Assembly (NCBI GenBank): GCA_964342815.1
Contig: CAYFHS010000001.1
Span: forward strand, 179,849-243,848
DNA: 64,000 bases
Reading direction: 5' to 3'
Source of the DNA: an uncultured archaeon
Lineage (GTDB): Archaea > Thermoplasmatota > Penumbrarchaeia > JASLWR01
The notes beneath the pieces were generated by a model that worked only from the letters and a program-made list of their open reading frames with translations, did no database searches and was not told the origin of the DNA. A program made the translations under genes and the position numbers. This document shows, piece by piece, positions 48,627 through 58,920 of the stretch (position 1 is the stretch's first letter; the number at the start of each line of letters is the position of its first letter).

Positions 48627-51600
48627 TCAGATACTTACGAGTTTTTCCATCAGGTTTGAGGCGCTTTCCTTTGCCAGTTCTATGGCTTTTTGATATTCCC
48701 CGTCCTTGATGGTATTTCTCGCCTCCTCAAGCATGCCTTCCGCCTCGCTTGAATCGGTGCCTATTGCCTTTGCATCGGATAACTTGGCCCAGGTAAGTCT
48801 CAGAAGACGGATGGCTTCATTGTGGAGTTTTGTCAGGTTCTCTATGGTATCGAGAACACCGTCCGCCTCTTTCTGGGCCAATTCGTAATCCCCCTCGTCC
48901 ATGAGGCGTCCCACTTTTTTGAAAGATGCCAGCACATGGGTGACGTTAGTCCCCCTCTGCCTAGCTTCGGTCATTCTGTTCTGGGCGATCCCTATAAGCT
49001 CCATCAGGTAATCGTATTTCTGCTCAACGTGTTCTGACTCCCGGACGGCACCATTGGCCAGCTCAATAGCTCTATCGAAATCGTTTTCATCCATACAGGG
49101 GATTATATCGTTGAATATCTTTTCGGCTCTTTTGAGAACCGCCCCCCTGCCTTTAAGAGAGAAAATCATTTCCTGAGCTTTTTGCACGTGTTCGATCATC
49201 CTCTTGTAACCGGAGCTTATCCCATCGGCGGATTCCTGAGCCAGTTTTATGTTTCTATTCACATCATCCAATCGGTTTTCGTCGAGGGCGGTCTTGATAA
49301 GTTTGAAAAATTCCAAGGGCTCTTCAACACTGGCCCCTAGATTTCTAGCCATATTGATTTTGGATTGGGTTACCTGTATAGCTCCCAGCATTTTCTGGAA
49401 ATTTCTCTTTAAATTTTTAGTTTCCTCAAGACAGATATTAGCCAGTTCCAGCCCTTCGCCGTACCGCCCCTCGTTCACAGCTGCAATTGCATTTTCATTG
49501 TTTTCTTCGAGCTTTTTTGTGTCGCCCCCGATGGCCCTGACATTCTCCATCAGCTCTCCGGCTTCCTTCAGAAGTGTGGTGGCGGAAACGTAATCCTCGA
49601 GACTCTTCTCGGATAAGGTAACGCATTTTTTACCCAGGCCCTCGGCCTGGTCCATTTCCCTCCGCTCGAAGCTGCCTGTCAATTCGTCGAAAAGTGCATC
49701 CACCTCGTCGGTATTGCATCCGTAGTCCGCCATTTTCGAAATATAATATTGGGCCCTTTGTATAAGAGTGATCACCGCAGGATATTCTTCGCGAAGGTCG
49801 TCGATTTCCGCGGAAATTCCTTCCAATTTCTCCTTTGCTTCATTCTCTCCCTCTTCGTCGGGTATGCCAATGTCTTCAAGAACGGCCTCATACCGGGAGA
49901 CATCCATGCCCACGTCCTTTAACTCCTCGATACTCTCCCGAATTCGGTCTAAAAATGCCGTAAAGGCACCTTTCCGAACGATTTCCTCACACATTTCTCT
50001 GGTCTTGCCAATTATACTCTGAACCGCCTCGTAATTATTGGCCTCCAGTTCATTTCTCGCCATAAGCATGGTCTCGTGAGCTTCACTCATATCGTACCCA
50101 TCATCCGCCATCTTTCTCATTTCGTCTCTTGCTTCCATGATGGCTTGAACACAGTGTTTATGCTGTATCGCGTCGTTAATGTCGGTTTCGGTTTTGTTTA
50201 AAATATCTACAGAACTTGAGTACTCACCCTTTTCAGCTAGAGCCTGGCTCTTGATGATATCTTCTCGGTATCCCTCGATATCAATTTCATCGTCCTGCGC
50301 ATCCACCATCAGTCCCTTCAATCTTGCCATTACCGAGATGTAATAGAACGGATAAATCCTTTCCTTGATCTCTATCGATTTTTCCAAGGCCAGTGTGAAA
50401 TCCCCCTGATCCAGTGCCTTAAGCCCTTCCGCCAGGACCTCATCTGCATCCCCTATGTCCTCCCCACCGGCTTTTGCCTGGGCGAGAATTTCTTCGCTTT
50501 CCTTGATTTCTCTCCGCGCCTCGTTCCCCCTGTACTCGATTAATTTCTTGTCGGCCTCTTCCCGAATGATCTCGATCTCTGTGATTAGTTCATTGTATTT
50601 TCTTTCCCGGAGAAGTTCCTGGGTTTCCCGGAATCTGTCTTCGAGTAGAGATATGTCAATCCCCTTGTTCTTCAGGTCAGAAAGTTCCTTCCGCGTATTA
50701 AGTAGTGCAATAAGAGATTTATCATATTCCTTCCATATTTCGCCCGATTCTTTTATCTTCTCGATAATCCGTTCAATATCCTCATGATCATCGTTCTCGA
50801 ATTTCGACGCCAGCATATCGTAGAGTTCCCATGTCTCCCCGATATCTATGCCGCTGTTCTCCAGTACCGCGAGGTAATTTTGAAGATCTATTATCTTTTC
50901 CCGGACCTCTTCCTTTCGTTCGTTGAATGCCGTCAACTTCCCCTCTATCTCATCCACGATCTTCGGAACCATATCCACCACTTGTGAATACTCCTTCTGC
51001 TGATAGAGATTTTTTGCCTCGGTGTAGATTTTTTTCTCTTCGCCCATGGCCAGCTGAGATCTACTTTCCTTGAGTATCGCTTTCACCCATATTAAAGTAG
51101 CAAAGGCCGCAGCCCTTTCCTCCTCCTGCTTCAATTTATTTTGTGCAATTATTTCTTCCTCTTTCACCTTGGTCTTTTCGTCGGACTCGCTCTCTTCCGT
51201 CTCGGCATCGCTTGCCGATACCTCGTCTTCAGCTATGATCTCCAGACTGATGACAGGCTCTGTTTCCTCTTCTGTTTCTTCCCCAGCATCTCCCTCGCTT
51301 TCAGCGTCAGCGGCTTCTGCGCCCCCTTCAATTTCAGCCAGCGCTCCTTTCTCCTCGGTTTCCTCTTCCTCGATCAGTTCCACCCGTTCGCTTTCCTCAG
51401 CCTCTTCTTCTGACTGTTCCTTTTCATCATCCTTATCTTTCTCTTCCTCCACTTCCTTTTCTTCGTCATCCGTTATCTCGCTGCTTTCTTCTTTTTGCTC
51501 GCTTTTTTCAGGTTCAGCCGCTTCGGTCTCGATTGCTTTCTCTTCCTCTGTATCTTTCTTTTTTTCATCTGCCTCTTTGCTTTGATCCTTGTCGGTCTCT

Positions 51601-51845
51601 TTCCACGCTTTTATACTTTCCACCAGTTTCTTCTTTGATCTGGCTGCAAGCATCTTGGCACGTTTTATATCATTGGATTCAAGTGCCTCCCTTGCCTGAG
51701 AAAGCAGTTCGCTTGATTCACCAACATCAATTCCCTTCTTCTCTGCCGACCGTAGTTTCTTTTCCATTAGATTAAGAATGTTTTCCAGCTTATTCTTCAT
51801 CTTCTCGATCTTCTTGCCTTTTGATGTCGAGGGCTCTTTAGCCAT
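48627..51845 (-). CDS. Long alpha-helical/coiled-coil repeat protein with an acidic linker
   Basis: About 14 helical hairpin repeats with G.D...A...L..A...L...D(Y/F)..A; E/K-rich linker at aa ~90-240; ATG 51845 preferred. Confidence 0.85.
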   Translation of the reverse strand: MAKEPSTSKGKKIEKMKNKLENILNLMEKKLRSAEKKGIDVGESSELLSQAREALESNDIKRAKMLAARSKKKLVESIKAWKETDKDQSKEADEKKKDTEEEKAIETEAAEPEKSEQKEESSEITDDEEKEVEEEKDKDDEKEQSEEEAEESERVELIEEEETEEKGALAEIEGGAEAADAESEGDAGEETEEETEPVISLEIIAEDEVSASDAETEESESDEKTKVKEEEIIAQNKLKQEEERAAAFATLIWVKAILKESRSQLAMGEEKKIYTEAKNLYQQKEYSQVVDMVPKIVDEIEGKLTAFNERKEEVREKIIDLQNYLAVLENSGIDIGETWELYDMLASKFENDDHEDIERIIEKIKESGEIWKEYDKSLIALLNTRKELSDLKNKGIDISLLEDRFRETQELLRERKYNELITEIEIIREEADKKLIEYRGNEARREIKESEEILAQAKAGGEDIGDADEVLAEGLKALDQGDFTLALEKSIEIKERIYPFYYISVMARLKGLMVDAQDDEIDIEGYREDIIKSQALAEKGEYSSSVDILNKTETDINDAIQHKHCVQAIMEARDEMRKMADDGYDMSEAHETMLMARNELEANNYEAVQSIIGKTREMCEEIVRKGAFTAFLDRIRESIEELKDVGMDVSRYEAVLEDIGIPDEEGENEAKEKLEGISAEIDDLREEYPAVITLIQRAQYYISKMADYGCNTDEVDALFDELTGSFERREMDQAEGLGKKCVTLSEKSLEDYVSATTLLKEAGELMENVRAIGGDTKKLEENNENAIAAVNEGRYGEGLELANICLEETKNLKRNFQKMLGAIQVTQSKINMARNLGASVEEPLEFFKLIKTALDENRLDDVNRNIKLAQESADGISSGYKRMIEHVQKAQEMIFSLKGRGAVLKRAEKIFNDIIPCMDENDFDRAIELANGAVRESEHVEQKYDYLMELIGIAQNRMTEARQRGTNVTHVLASFKKVGRLMDEGDYELAQKEADGVLDTIENLTKLHNEAIRLLRLTWAKLSDAKAIGTDSSEAEGMLEEARNTIKDGEYQKAIELAKESASNLMEKLVSI

Positions 51846-52031
51846 GATATTCTCCCCAAAATTATTTGACAATCTAGTGAATCAAACGGAACATATTGTC
51901 AAAAGAGTGAAACTCGACAAAATGTCGAAGTTTGACCTTGTGACAATGTTCGCGGAATCGCAACCACGAAGGGGACCGATTCCGTTGAATCTATTAATGT
52001 ATTTTTATTTAATACCTTTTCTCTTGATAAT

Positions 52032-53339
52032 CTATAACATTATCTGAATTATCTTCGCCGCAGCGAGGTACGTACCCACTACGGAACCGATATTTGCGAA
52101 GGCCGCAACCATGAGAACTCTAACCAGTCTGTTATTGAAAAAGTCTCTGATACGCTCGAAAGTGGCCAGCTCTTCAAGGTCAGCCACTCGTGGGGTCCTG
52201 ATATTCGCCTCCACCATGCCTGCGAACCATCCTGCCGCCAGCAGAGGATTCAAAGAAGTTAGTGGGGCCGCGGCAAAGGCCGTAATAATGGAAAGAATAT
52301 GTCCCCTGGCGGCAATGGCACCCAGTGCCGAGCAAACGCCGTTGATGAGGAGCCACCACAGAAAAATATCACCTAATTTGGAATAATCCCCCTGGTATAT
52401 GAGATATCCCACGAGGAATAGAAGAAGAAGCGGTACCGCATATCCCAGACACTTTCCCACGGAAAAGCGTTTCTTTTTAATATTGTTGAGCCTATTGAGC
52501 TCTTCCCCCTGTGATTTTCCTTGGTATTTATTGACATTCTTCTCGATGCCATCCAGGTGACCGGCTCCCACTATCCCAAGAACCGTTCTTGAATTTTTTC
52601 GTTCCCCACCGTTCTGAATTTTATGACGCGCCGCCTTTTCCTTTCTTCTTTCTGTTGGTAAGCCGTCTTTTTCCCTGTTTTTAAGTACCCTTAACTTTGG
52701 TCCGGTTTGTTTCATGGGTTGTTCCGTCTCATCACGCAAAGCCATCAGCTTGAGGGCGATGAACGTGTCCCTCTCATCGATGAAAGCTTTCCCGATTCCC
52801 GGCGCCACTTCTTTGAGTTCCCCGATCATCACAGTTATAACATCGTCTTTCATCATCTTTTCTATCTCAAGCTTGTCAAGCTCTTCATCGCTTCCTCCGA
52901 AAATGGCCATGGTTCCGTACCAGAAAAGCCGGACCTTCTCGAAGAATCCCATGCAATGCCACCCTCTCTTGAAGGTGACGGTTATATCTCGATCCACAAG
53001 AGCTACTGGTATCCCTTTCTTTCGGGCTGTATTGATCGCCGCGATCATCTCAGCTCCGGGACGCATCTTTTCTTTTAAGCCAAGCTTTTTCTGGATGGTG
53101 CCGAGAATTATCTGGACTAGCATAAGGCTGGCCCTGCCTGAGCGGATTACCTTTAAAAGTGAGGTTTTCTCCCAACGCCGCTGTCTAGTAATGGCCAGAT
53201 ATCGCTTCTCATCCAGCTCCACCGCAACTATGGACGGCCTGATATCCTCAATGGCCTTTGCCACTTCCCTTGCGCTTTTTTCGGATATGTGGGCCGTGCC
53301 AACGAGGGTGATGTCGTCATCGATCTTCCGTAACATCAT
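52032..53339 (-). CDS. traB: TraB/PrgY (Tiki/GumN superfamily) membrane protein
   Basis: LVGTAHIS, VAVELD, PGAEM, LVDRDI.VT, IDERD and VGAGHL motifs; C-terminal TMs with AAPLTSLNP and ANIGS. Confidence 0.92.
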   Translation of the reverse strand: MMLRKIDDDITLVGTAHISEKSAREVAKAIEDIRPSIVAVELDEKRYLAITRQRRWEKTSLLKVIRSGRASLMLVQIILGTIQKKLGLKEKMRPGAEMIAAINTARKKGIPVALVDRDITVTFKRGWHCMGFFEKVRLFWYGTMAIFGGSDEELDKLEIEKMMKDDVITVMIGELKEVAPGIGKAFIDERDTFIALKLMALRDETEQPMKQTGPKLRVLKNREKDGLPTERRKEKAARHKIQNGGERKNSRTVLGIVGAGHLDGIEKNVNKYQGKSQGEELNRLNNIKKKRFSVGKCLGYAVPLLLLFLVGYLIYQGDYSKLGDIFLWWLLINGVCSALGAIAARGHILSIITAFAAAPLTSLNPLLAAGWFAGMVEANIRTPRVADLEELATFERIRDFFNNRLVRVLMVAAFANIGSVVGTYLAAAKIIQIML

Positions 53340-53473
53340 ATCAACTGCTTGGTTGCGGGATTATTATGGAACGGGCGAAAAAATATTAATCCTTTTCCTG
53401 AAATATTGCTTAATAAAAAAACGGTCCCGGATTTCAGCCGTAATAAACGGATCTCAGTTAGTTTGCAAGATTA

Positions 53474-53887
53474 TTAATCCATCCTCTTGCCGAAGAGCTT
53501 TCTTTCCTGAGCCCTGATCTCGCTCAACGTCTTCAGGAGTTTGGCGGTGTCCGTTCCAAGCTCGAGACGCTTTGCCCTGCCGTCCATCTCATCCATGGTA
53601 TGCAGTATTTTCTTGGTAAGAATGCTGCTGTCCAGGCTGATGGCGTCTATTTTGTCCCTCTCGCCGTCTGTGGGAACCCGGGCACTGGTCTTCAGATCGT
53701 CGATCATCATCCTCTTTGCCATCAGCTCGAGTTTCTTACGTTCGAGGTCCAGTTCGGCCATCTTGATGGTACTGCCTCTGGACCGTATCTTGCTCACCGA
53801 GGTAATGATTATCAGTGCAAGTGCCAATAGCGCTATCCCTGTAAGTATCCAGAATAGCGGTGCGGTTACAATTCCCTCCAATGCCAT
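53474..53887 (-). CDS. Membrane-anchored coiled-coil hypothetical protein
   Basis: N-terminal TM followed by heptad-rich helices. Confidence 0.7.
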   Translation of the reverse strand: MALEGIVTAPLFWILTGIALLALALIIITSVSKIRSRGSTIKMAELDLERKKLELMAKRMMIDDLKTSARVPTDGERDKIDAISLDSSILTKKILHTMDEMDGRAKRLELGTDTAKLLKTLSEIRAQERKLFGKRMD

Positions 53888-54147
53888 ATTATCCGTATCT
53901 ATGTTATGTTTTTATAAATAGTTTGCCTTCAAAGAATTAGTGTAGTTATCTGAATGAGGAACTGGTTTTTCATTCGGATTATGATTACAACCAACTGCCC
54001 CACGCTAAGAAATGTCAATCCAAGAGATGAAAACAAATCTTTAAATATACTCTGTACTCTATAGTTTATACATATTTTTCAAAGCTCATTACTACAAATC
54101 GCAGGAATGGCGATCTCATCTATTTTTATTGAATCGGGGGAACCAAG

Positions 54148-55953
54148 ATGATTAAAGGAAATAAGAGAGAAATTCTGACAGTATTCGTAACGATAACAAT
54201 GATCTTTGTTGCAGGCTCGGGGCTGTTTCCACACTGTCTTGTCAGCGCCCGATCTTCAACTGATCCTATCCGCTTTAATATTATTTTAAGGGACTTTTAT
54301 AGGGTGGGAGAACAAGATATCATTACGCTACAGGTATACGATGCTGATGATAATATGGTTGAAAATTACACCGGGACGGTGCTAATTTCCGTCATAAAGG
54401 GAAATATGGCCGTGGATGACGCAAACCCTTATAATTTTACTCTGGAAGACAAAGGAATGCATACGTTCATCGTCACCCCTTTGACCTTTGGAGAAAATTC
54501 AACGACGCTGCTATTCGAAGACCAAGCGGCGGGGATCAGGGAAAACGTTACGTTGAGCGTCATTGCCGGTCCCGTTAAAACTCTTGCCGCGAAACTGGAT
54601 TGGGATGCTATGGATTATGATGGATCGAACAAAATTTATTATGCTGGTGACGATCTTTTCTTAACGGTATACGGAATGGACGGTATGGGGAACCCATCTT
54701 CCACATATGACGCGCCGATAATCGTCACTCACAATTTTGAAACGGATGAGGAATATCTGGAGCCTGAACCCTGGCAGAGCAGTGTCGGTAACATTATACT
54801 GAACATGGTGGACGGTGTCGCGTCGAACTACCCCGATCTGCCCATCAAGCTTTTTGGAACCGGAGAGGTGAACCTTACTTTCTTCTCGCAGGTCAATTAT
54901 GGAATGAATGGCAGCATGATAGTAAACGTGAATCCAAGCTACCTTTACCATATCGAAGCAGTTCCCGGCGGTTCGGATACAAATCCTGTTACCGTGGACG
55001 TAAAAGCGGGTGCGACACAATTTTTTTCGGTCATTGGTTTCGATGAGTACGACAACCCTCTGGAGATGGAGAGCGTCACATGGCGCGTTGACCCGAACAT
55101 AAAGGCGATGGATACTCAGGACATCTTGGTTGACGGTGAGTTCAAAGCTATCGAGTTTTTCGGCTTAGGTGATATTGGTGTCGTTTACAACCATGACATA
55201 GATTATTCTTCGATGAATGGGACGGTTGAGGTTACTGCAATGTGCCCACGAGATGGCCACGAGGTAAAAGAGCTTATCTCCGTACGCGTTCTGAACGATA
55301 AAGACGTTTGGCTGAACGAAGATCAGATCGAACCTTATCAAATTCTGCTGGGCTATGACATGGAATTTCAGGCTAATATATACTATGATATGCCTGTAAT
55401 CGATTCAGGAACCGAAGATCAAAGTTCTGCCCTTGGAGAAATATTCGAGGTCACTGTCATAGCCTCTCTGGTGGACAAGGACGGCAATAAGCTCGTAGAA
55501 CTCGTAAACGAACAGGTGAGATTGGAAGACTTGAATTCAAAACCTTATGGTATCAGGATCATAAATGCAATAGTACCCTGGGAGAATATTAGCGAATACA
55601 TCAAGAAATGGGAGGCTGGCAACGACGACACGAAGAACTTTATAAGACTTGAGATAAAAGATGTTCTCGGGGGTACCGATTTGTCGGATTTCGAGAAATC
55701 GGGGGATAACAATGAGGTAATATCGGAATTATATGGTGTGGCTCAGCCCAATGTTCAAGACCCTCCAAAAACCGTCGTTTTGGAAGAAGGATTGCTGAAT
55801 TCGAGTATGGTTAGATTCCTTTTCATTCCTATTGGAATTCTACTTTTTCTCATAATTCTCGGGGTTATCTTGGCTATCATCTTTAAAAAAGAACCAGCGA
55901 CTGGTAATAAAGAAGAAAAATGCCTCGATATCGATAGACCAAAAGATCTATAA
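54148..55953 (+). CDS. Exported Ig-like multidomain protein with C-terminal TM anchor
   Basis: Signal peptide; D..GN....Y motif and P..L..I.V.P Ig-like repeats; C-terminal TM followed by KK. Confidence 0.8.
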   Translation: MIKGNKREILTVFVTITMIFVAGSGLFPHCLVSARSSTDPIRFNIILRDFYRVGEQDIITLQVYDADDNMVENYTGTVLISVIKGNMAVDDANPYNFTLEDKGMHTFIVTPLTFGENSTTLLFEDQAAGIRENVTLSVIAGPVKTLAAKLDWDAMDYDGSNKIYYAGDDLFLTVYGMDGMGNPSSTYDAPIIVTHNFETDEEYLEPEPWQSSVGNIILNMVDGVASNYPDLPIKLFGTGEVNLTFFSQVNYGMNGSMIVNVNPSYLYHIEAVPGGSDTNPVTVDVKAGATQFFSVIGFDEYDNPLEMESVTWRVDPNIKAMDTQDILVDGEFKAIEFFGLGDIGVVYNHDIDYSSMNGTVEVTAMCPRDGHEVKELISVRVLNDKDVWLNEDQIEPYQILLGYDMEFQANIYYDMPVIDSGTEDQSSALGEIFEVTVIASLVDKDGNKLVELVNEQVRLEDLNSKPYGIRIINAIVPWENISEYIKKWEAGNDDTKNFIRLEIKDVLGGTDLSDFEKSGDNNEVISELYGVAQPNVQDPPKTVVLEEGLLNSSMVRFLFIPIGILLFLIILGVILAIIFKKEPATGNKEEKCLDIDRPKDL

Positions 55954-56104
55954 ACCTATGGTCTCAATACCGGCATGGTAAATGAAAATAGTGTAAAACA
56001 ACAAATTAATAGACTACTTGGGAGGGCCTCCGTTCCCTCTTGTACCCTTTTGCTTGAAGTTTCTTACTTTCGTCCCCAGACTACTAATATTCCATATTTC
56101 AATC

Positions 56105-56590
56105 TTATTTGATCTGTTCTTCGAAGAGTAACCTTTCCCCAGCCCTCAGCTCGAAGAAGAAACCCGGCTCAGCAAATCCCGGTGAATCAGTGCTACCGTC
56201 GTCATCCACGTGCTCGAAACTTTTTATTATGAAACGATCTCCCATTGATAATTTACCATCATTGTCCGCGTCCCTGAATGAGATAAAATTCTTGTTGTTT
56301 ATCGGCTTTCCATAAATATTTACTACCTTATGAACGCCATTGGACATATCACGGCGGTCTGGACTGTAAAGCGTGAAAAGAAGGTCCTCTAAAGAAAGAT
56401 ATTCTTCACCTGTGCTCTCCACCTTCAGAACATAGTCCTTATTCAATGTTCTAGTATCTGGCTCTACATTCGTCAGACAAGGAGTGACTTCAATTTCGTT
56501 GATGGTTACCTCTGAATCGAAACAGCCCATCACTATCGTGAACGCTAAAGTGAAAAATATAATTAAAGAAACAATAGGTGTTGCCCTCAT
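56105..56590 (-). CDS. Small lipoprotein-like protein with a Dx[DN]xDG Ca-binding loop
   Basis: LAFTIVMGC lipobox-like signal; FRDADNDGKLSMGD loop. Confidence 0.7.
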   Translation of the reverse strand: MRATPIVSLIIFFTLAFTIVMGCFDSEVTINEIEVTPCLTNVEPDTRTLNKDYVLKVESTGEEYLSLEDLLFTLYSPDRRDMSNGVHKVVNIYGKPINNKNFISFRDADNDGKLSMGDRFIIKSFEHVDDDGSTDSPGFAEPGFFFELRAGERLLFEEQIK

Positions 56591-56765
56591 TTACTCACCT
56601 TAGTACTCTATTATACGAAAAATTATATATTTGTTTCCACATAGAAAAACGAATCTTTAAATATCTACGAACCTCTAATGATTATACATATTTCAACCGG
56701 GTCATTGCCGAAAATGGTAACATGATGGTGATCTAATCACATATCATCGAATTGGGGGAGCATAG

Positions 56766-57626
56766 ATGATTATTGGGAATAAGAGGGAATTATTGACATT
56801 TGTTACGCTGATAATGTTCCTTGTGGCAGGTCCGGCTCTCTCCACAGAGTATGGTACGATGGTAGTCGTCACGATACGCTCCCAAAGCAGTTGTGAGTTG
56901 ATACGTGATATCCCCTTGCGCGTGAGGAACGATAATGATGTGTGGCTTAATGCTAGCGGTATCGAACCGGATCATTTCCTTTTGGGCCATGACCTAAATC
57001 TGCAGGTGGACATCTATTACAATATACCCGTGACCCACAATGGAACCGATAATAAAAGTTCCGTGATTGGTGATATATTGGAGGTGTGTGTCATTGTTTC
57101 CATGGTGGAGAAGGACGGAACGGAACGGCTAGAATTCGTAAACGAAACGGTACGACTTGAGGAATTGAATACACGGCCAAAAGGAATCAAAATATTCAAT
57201 TACGTTGCCCCTTGGGAGAGTTTTGCTGATTCTCTCTTGAGATGGGAAGCTGGCAACAACGATACGATGAATTTCATGAAGGTAGAGATAAGAGATATTC
57301 CTGGTGGGGCTAATATGTCGTATTTCGAGGAATCCGAGGATAATAACGTCATAATTGTGGAATTATTTGCGGTCCCCCAAATCAATCAGGGTAGCCCAGG
57401 CGGGGGCCCCAACAACCAAGAAACGCCCAATCGAATCATTATTCTTTTTGTTGGCGTCGGGTTAATACTCTTTTTCTTTATTCCATGGTTCATAATGGTG
57501 ATCATCCCTAAATTTAAGCCCGGAATTAGTAACAAAGAGGAACCTCCTGATAAGCCAAGTCCCACAGATCCTTCAATCTACAAGGTTGATCCCGAAATTG
57601 AAAATGAAGGCAATCGCAAAAATTAG
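56766..57626 (+). CDS. Shortened paralogue of the 54148-55953 exported protein
   Basis: MIIGNKRELL vs MIKGNKREIL; VRNDNDVWLN vs VLNDKDVWLN; WEAGNNDTMNF vs WEAGNDDTKNF. Confidence 0.8.
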   Translation: MIIGNKRELLTFVTLIMFLVAGPALSTEYGTMVVVTIRSQSSCELIRDIPLRVRNDNDVWLNASGIEPDHFLLGHDLNLQVDIYYNIPVTHNGTDNKSSVIGDILEVCVIVSMVEKDGTERLEFVNETVRLEELNTRPKGIKIFNYVAPWESFADSLLRWEAGNNDTMNFMKVEIRDIPGGANMSYFEESEDNNVIIVELFAVPQINQGSPGGGPNNQETPNRIIILFVGVGLILFFFIPWFIMVIIPKFKPGISNKEEPPDKPSPTDPSIYKVDPEIENEGNRKN

Positions 57627-57719
57627 AATAATAGGTATATTCCTGAAGTGGCAGATTGTACGGCAGAAAAGCCTCACATGAAAATTATTTTTTCCGACCT
57701 GGACTATTAGGTTTATACA

Positions 57720-57983
57720 TTATCTATATCCTCTTCCCCTCTTAAATACCTCGATAACCCTCACCATAGTTTTCTCAATTAGATATATGATTCTATAATC
57801 CCCGATCCTCAGCCGATATTTCTGCGGTTTAGTGTCCTTAAGGGATTTAATATCCATACCCGGACGTGCTTCGTATGGATTCTTCTCCAGCTCTTTTAAG
57901 GCTGACCTGATGCGTAGCTGGAGATTGGTATCCAGAGTATTAAATTGCTTTTGAAAAGTATGAGATACAAGTACCGTATACAT
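57720..57983 (-). CDS. relE: RelE/ParE-family toxin
   Basis: Y.V....F.KQ...L...RI..AL..L..NP...YRLRIGDYRIIY; 1-nt overlap with the antitoxin stop. Confidence 0.92.
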   Translation of the reverse strand: MYTVLVSHTFQKQFNTLDTNLQLRIRSALKELEKNPYEARPGMDIKSLKDTKPQKYRLRIGDYRIIYLIEKTMVRVIEVFKRGRGYR

Positions 57984-58168
57984 TATAACTCATCCAGGGA
58001 TATGAACTCGTCTTCTTCAAGTATTCTATTCCATCGTTCATCTAACTTCTTCCATGCGGCTTTCTTGATCAGCTTTTGAATTATTTTGTCATAGCTGTCT
58101 CCTTTGTTACCTAGCTGACACAGAATCTCTTTTGTTTCAAGTGACACAGCGATTGTAGTTGTTGACAT
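57983..58168 (-). CDS. Cognate antitoxin (ribbon-helix-helix-like)
   Basis: MSTTTIAVSLETKE.L..L...GDSYDKII..L N-terminus and acidic C-terminus; directly upstream of relE. Confidence 0.85.
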   Translation of the reverse strand: MSTTTIAVSLETKEILCQLGNKGDSYDKIIQKLIKKAAWKKLDERWNRILEEDEFISLDEL

Positions 58169-58326
58169 TTATATTACCTATAACTATTATAGATTTCATA
58201 ATGTTTATAAGTTCTGCACAAAATCGGAGAAAACACAAATATCATTAAAATTTTTATCCTCAAAAGGGTTTCATTTTTCCAAAATTTTGATTCATAAAAC
58301 AATAGCCGGAACTACAACGGATACTT

Positions 58327-58920
58327 CTACCCGTCGAACGGATTATAAAAGAACCTCCGCTGATAGATCAGAAGACCTATTATCACAAAGGATATGGGAA
58401 AGAAATACAGTGAGAAGACGGCACCGCCAATGGCGAGAGAGAAATATTTTCTTTTGGAAACGAAGAACATGGAGATAGCCTGGCAGATGGAGGATATGAA
58501 GAATAGGATCATCATCAAAATGAAGCCTCCCAACATTCTCCCGGATAGCGAGGACATGAAAACCACCAGGATGATGGGCAGCGATAACGATATGGCAAGC
58601 GTCACTATCAATGAAATGAGCTGGAGAACGAACAGTACAGTTTTGTAGTCCTTCTCCTTTGCAGGCGGCAGCAGCACCGGCTGCTTTGGGAAAAACTCCC
58701 ACGAAAATTTATCGTCCGCAGGAATCCCCTTCGATAGCCGCCACCGTTTAGTGGTGGAGGAGAAGGGGAAGCATTTTTCTGCGTTTCCGAGGATGAAGCC
58801 CGCAGATTTATCCGTAGAAAACCCGTCTCGGGTTTTCGAGGATGCAGATGCATCTTTTGATGCATCGGAACGTATGTGGGCATCTGTGGGTGATTCATCC
58901 TCGACGTCAGGTTCGGTCAT
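58327..58920 (-). CDS. Membrane hypothetical protein (about three TM)
   Basis: Hydrophilic N-terminus then three hydrophobic segments; 4-nt overlap with the upstream gene stop. Confidence 0.65.
   Translation of the reverse strand: MTEPDVEDESPTDAHIRSDASKDASASSKTRDGFSTDKSAGFILGNAEKCFPFSSTTKRWRLSKGIPADDKFSWEFFPKQPVLLPPAKEKDYKTVLFVLQLISLIVTLAISLSLPIILVVFMSSLSGRMLGGFILMMILFFISSICQAISMFFVSKRKYFSLAIGGAVFSLYFFPISFVIIGLLIYQRRFFYNPFDG

Noticed and set aside
41872-53430. AAACGGTCCCGG present at 41872 and 53419 upstream of minus-strand genes
   Set aside because: Many chance 12-mer matches are expected in 64 kb, and the distances to the start codons differ.
52714-53517. 267-aa plus-strand ORF
   Set aside because: Almost entirely antisense to traB, with no recognisable motif.
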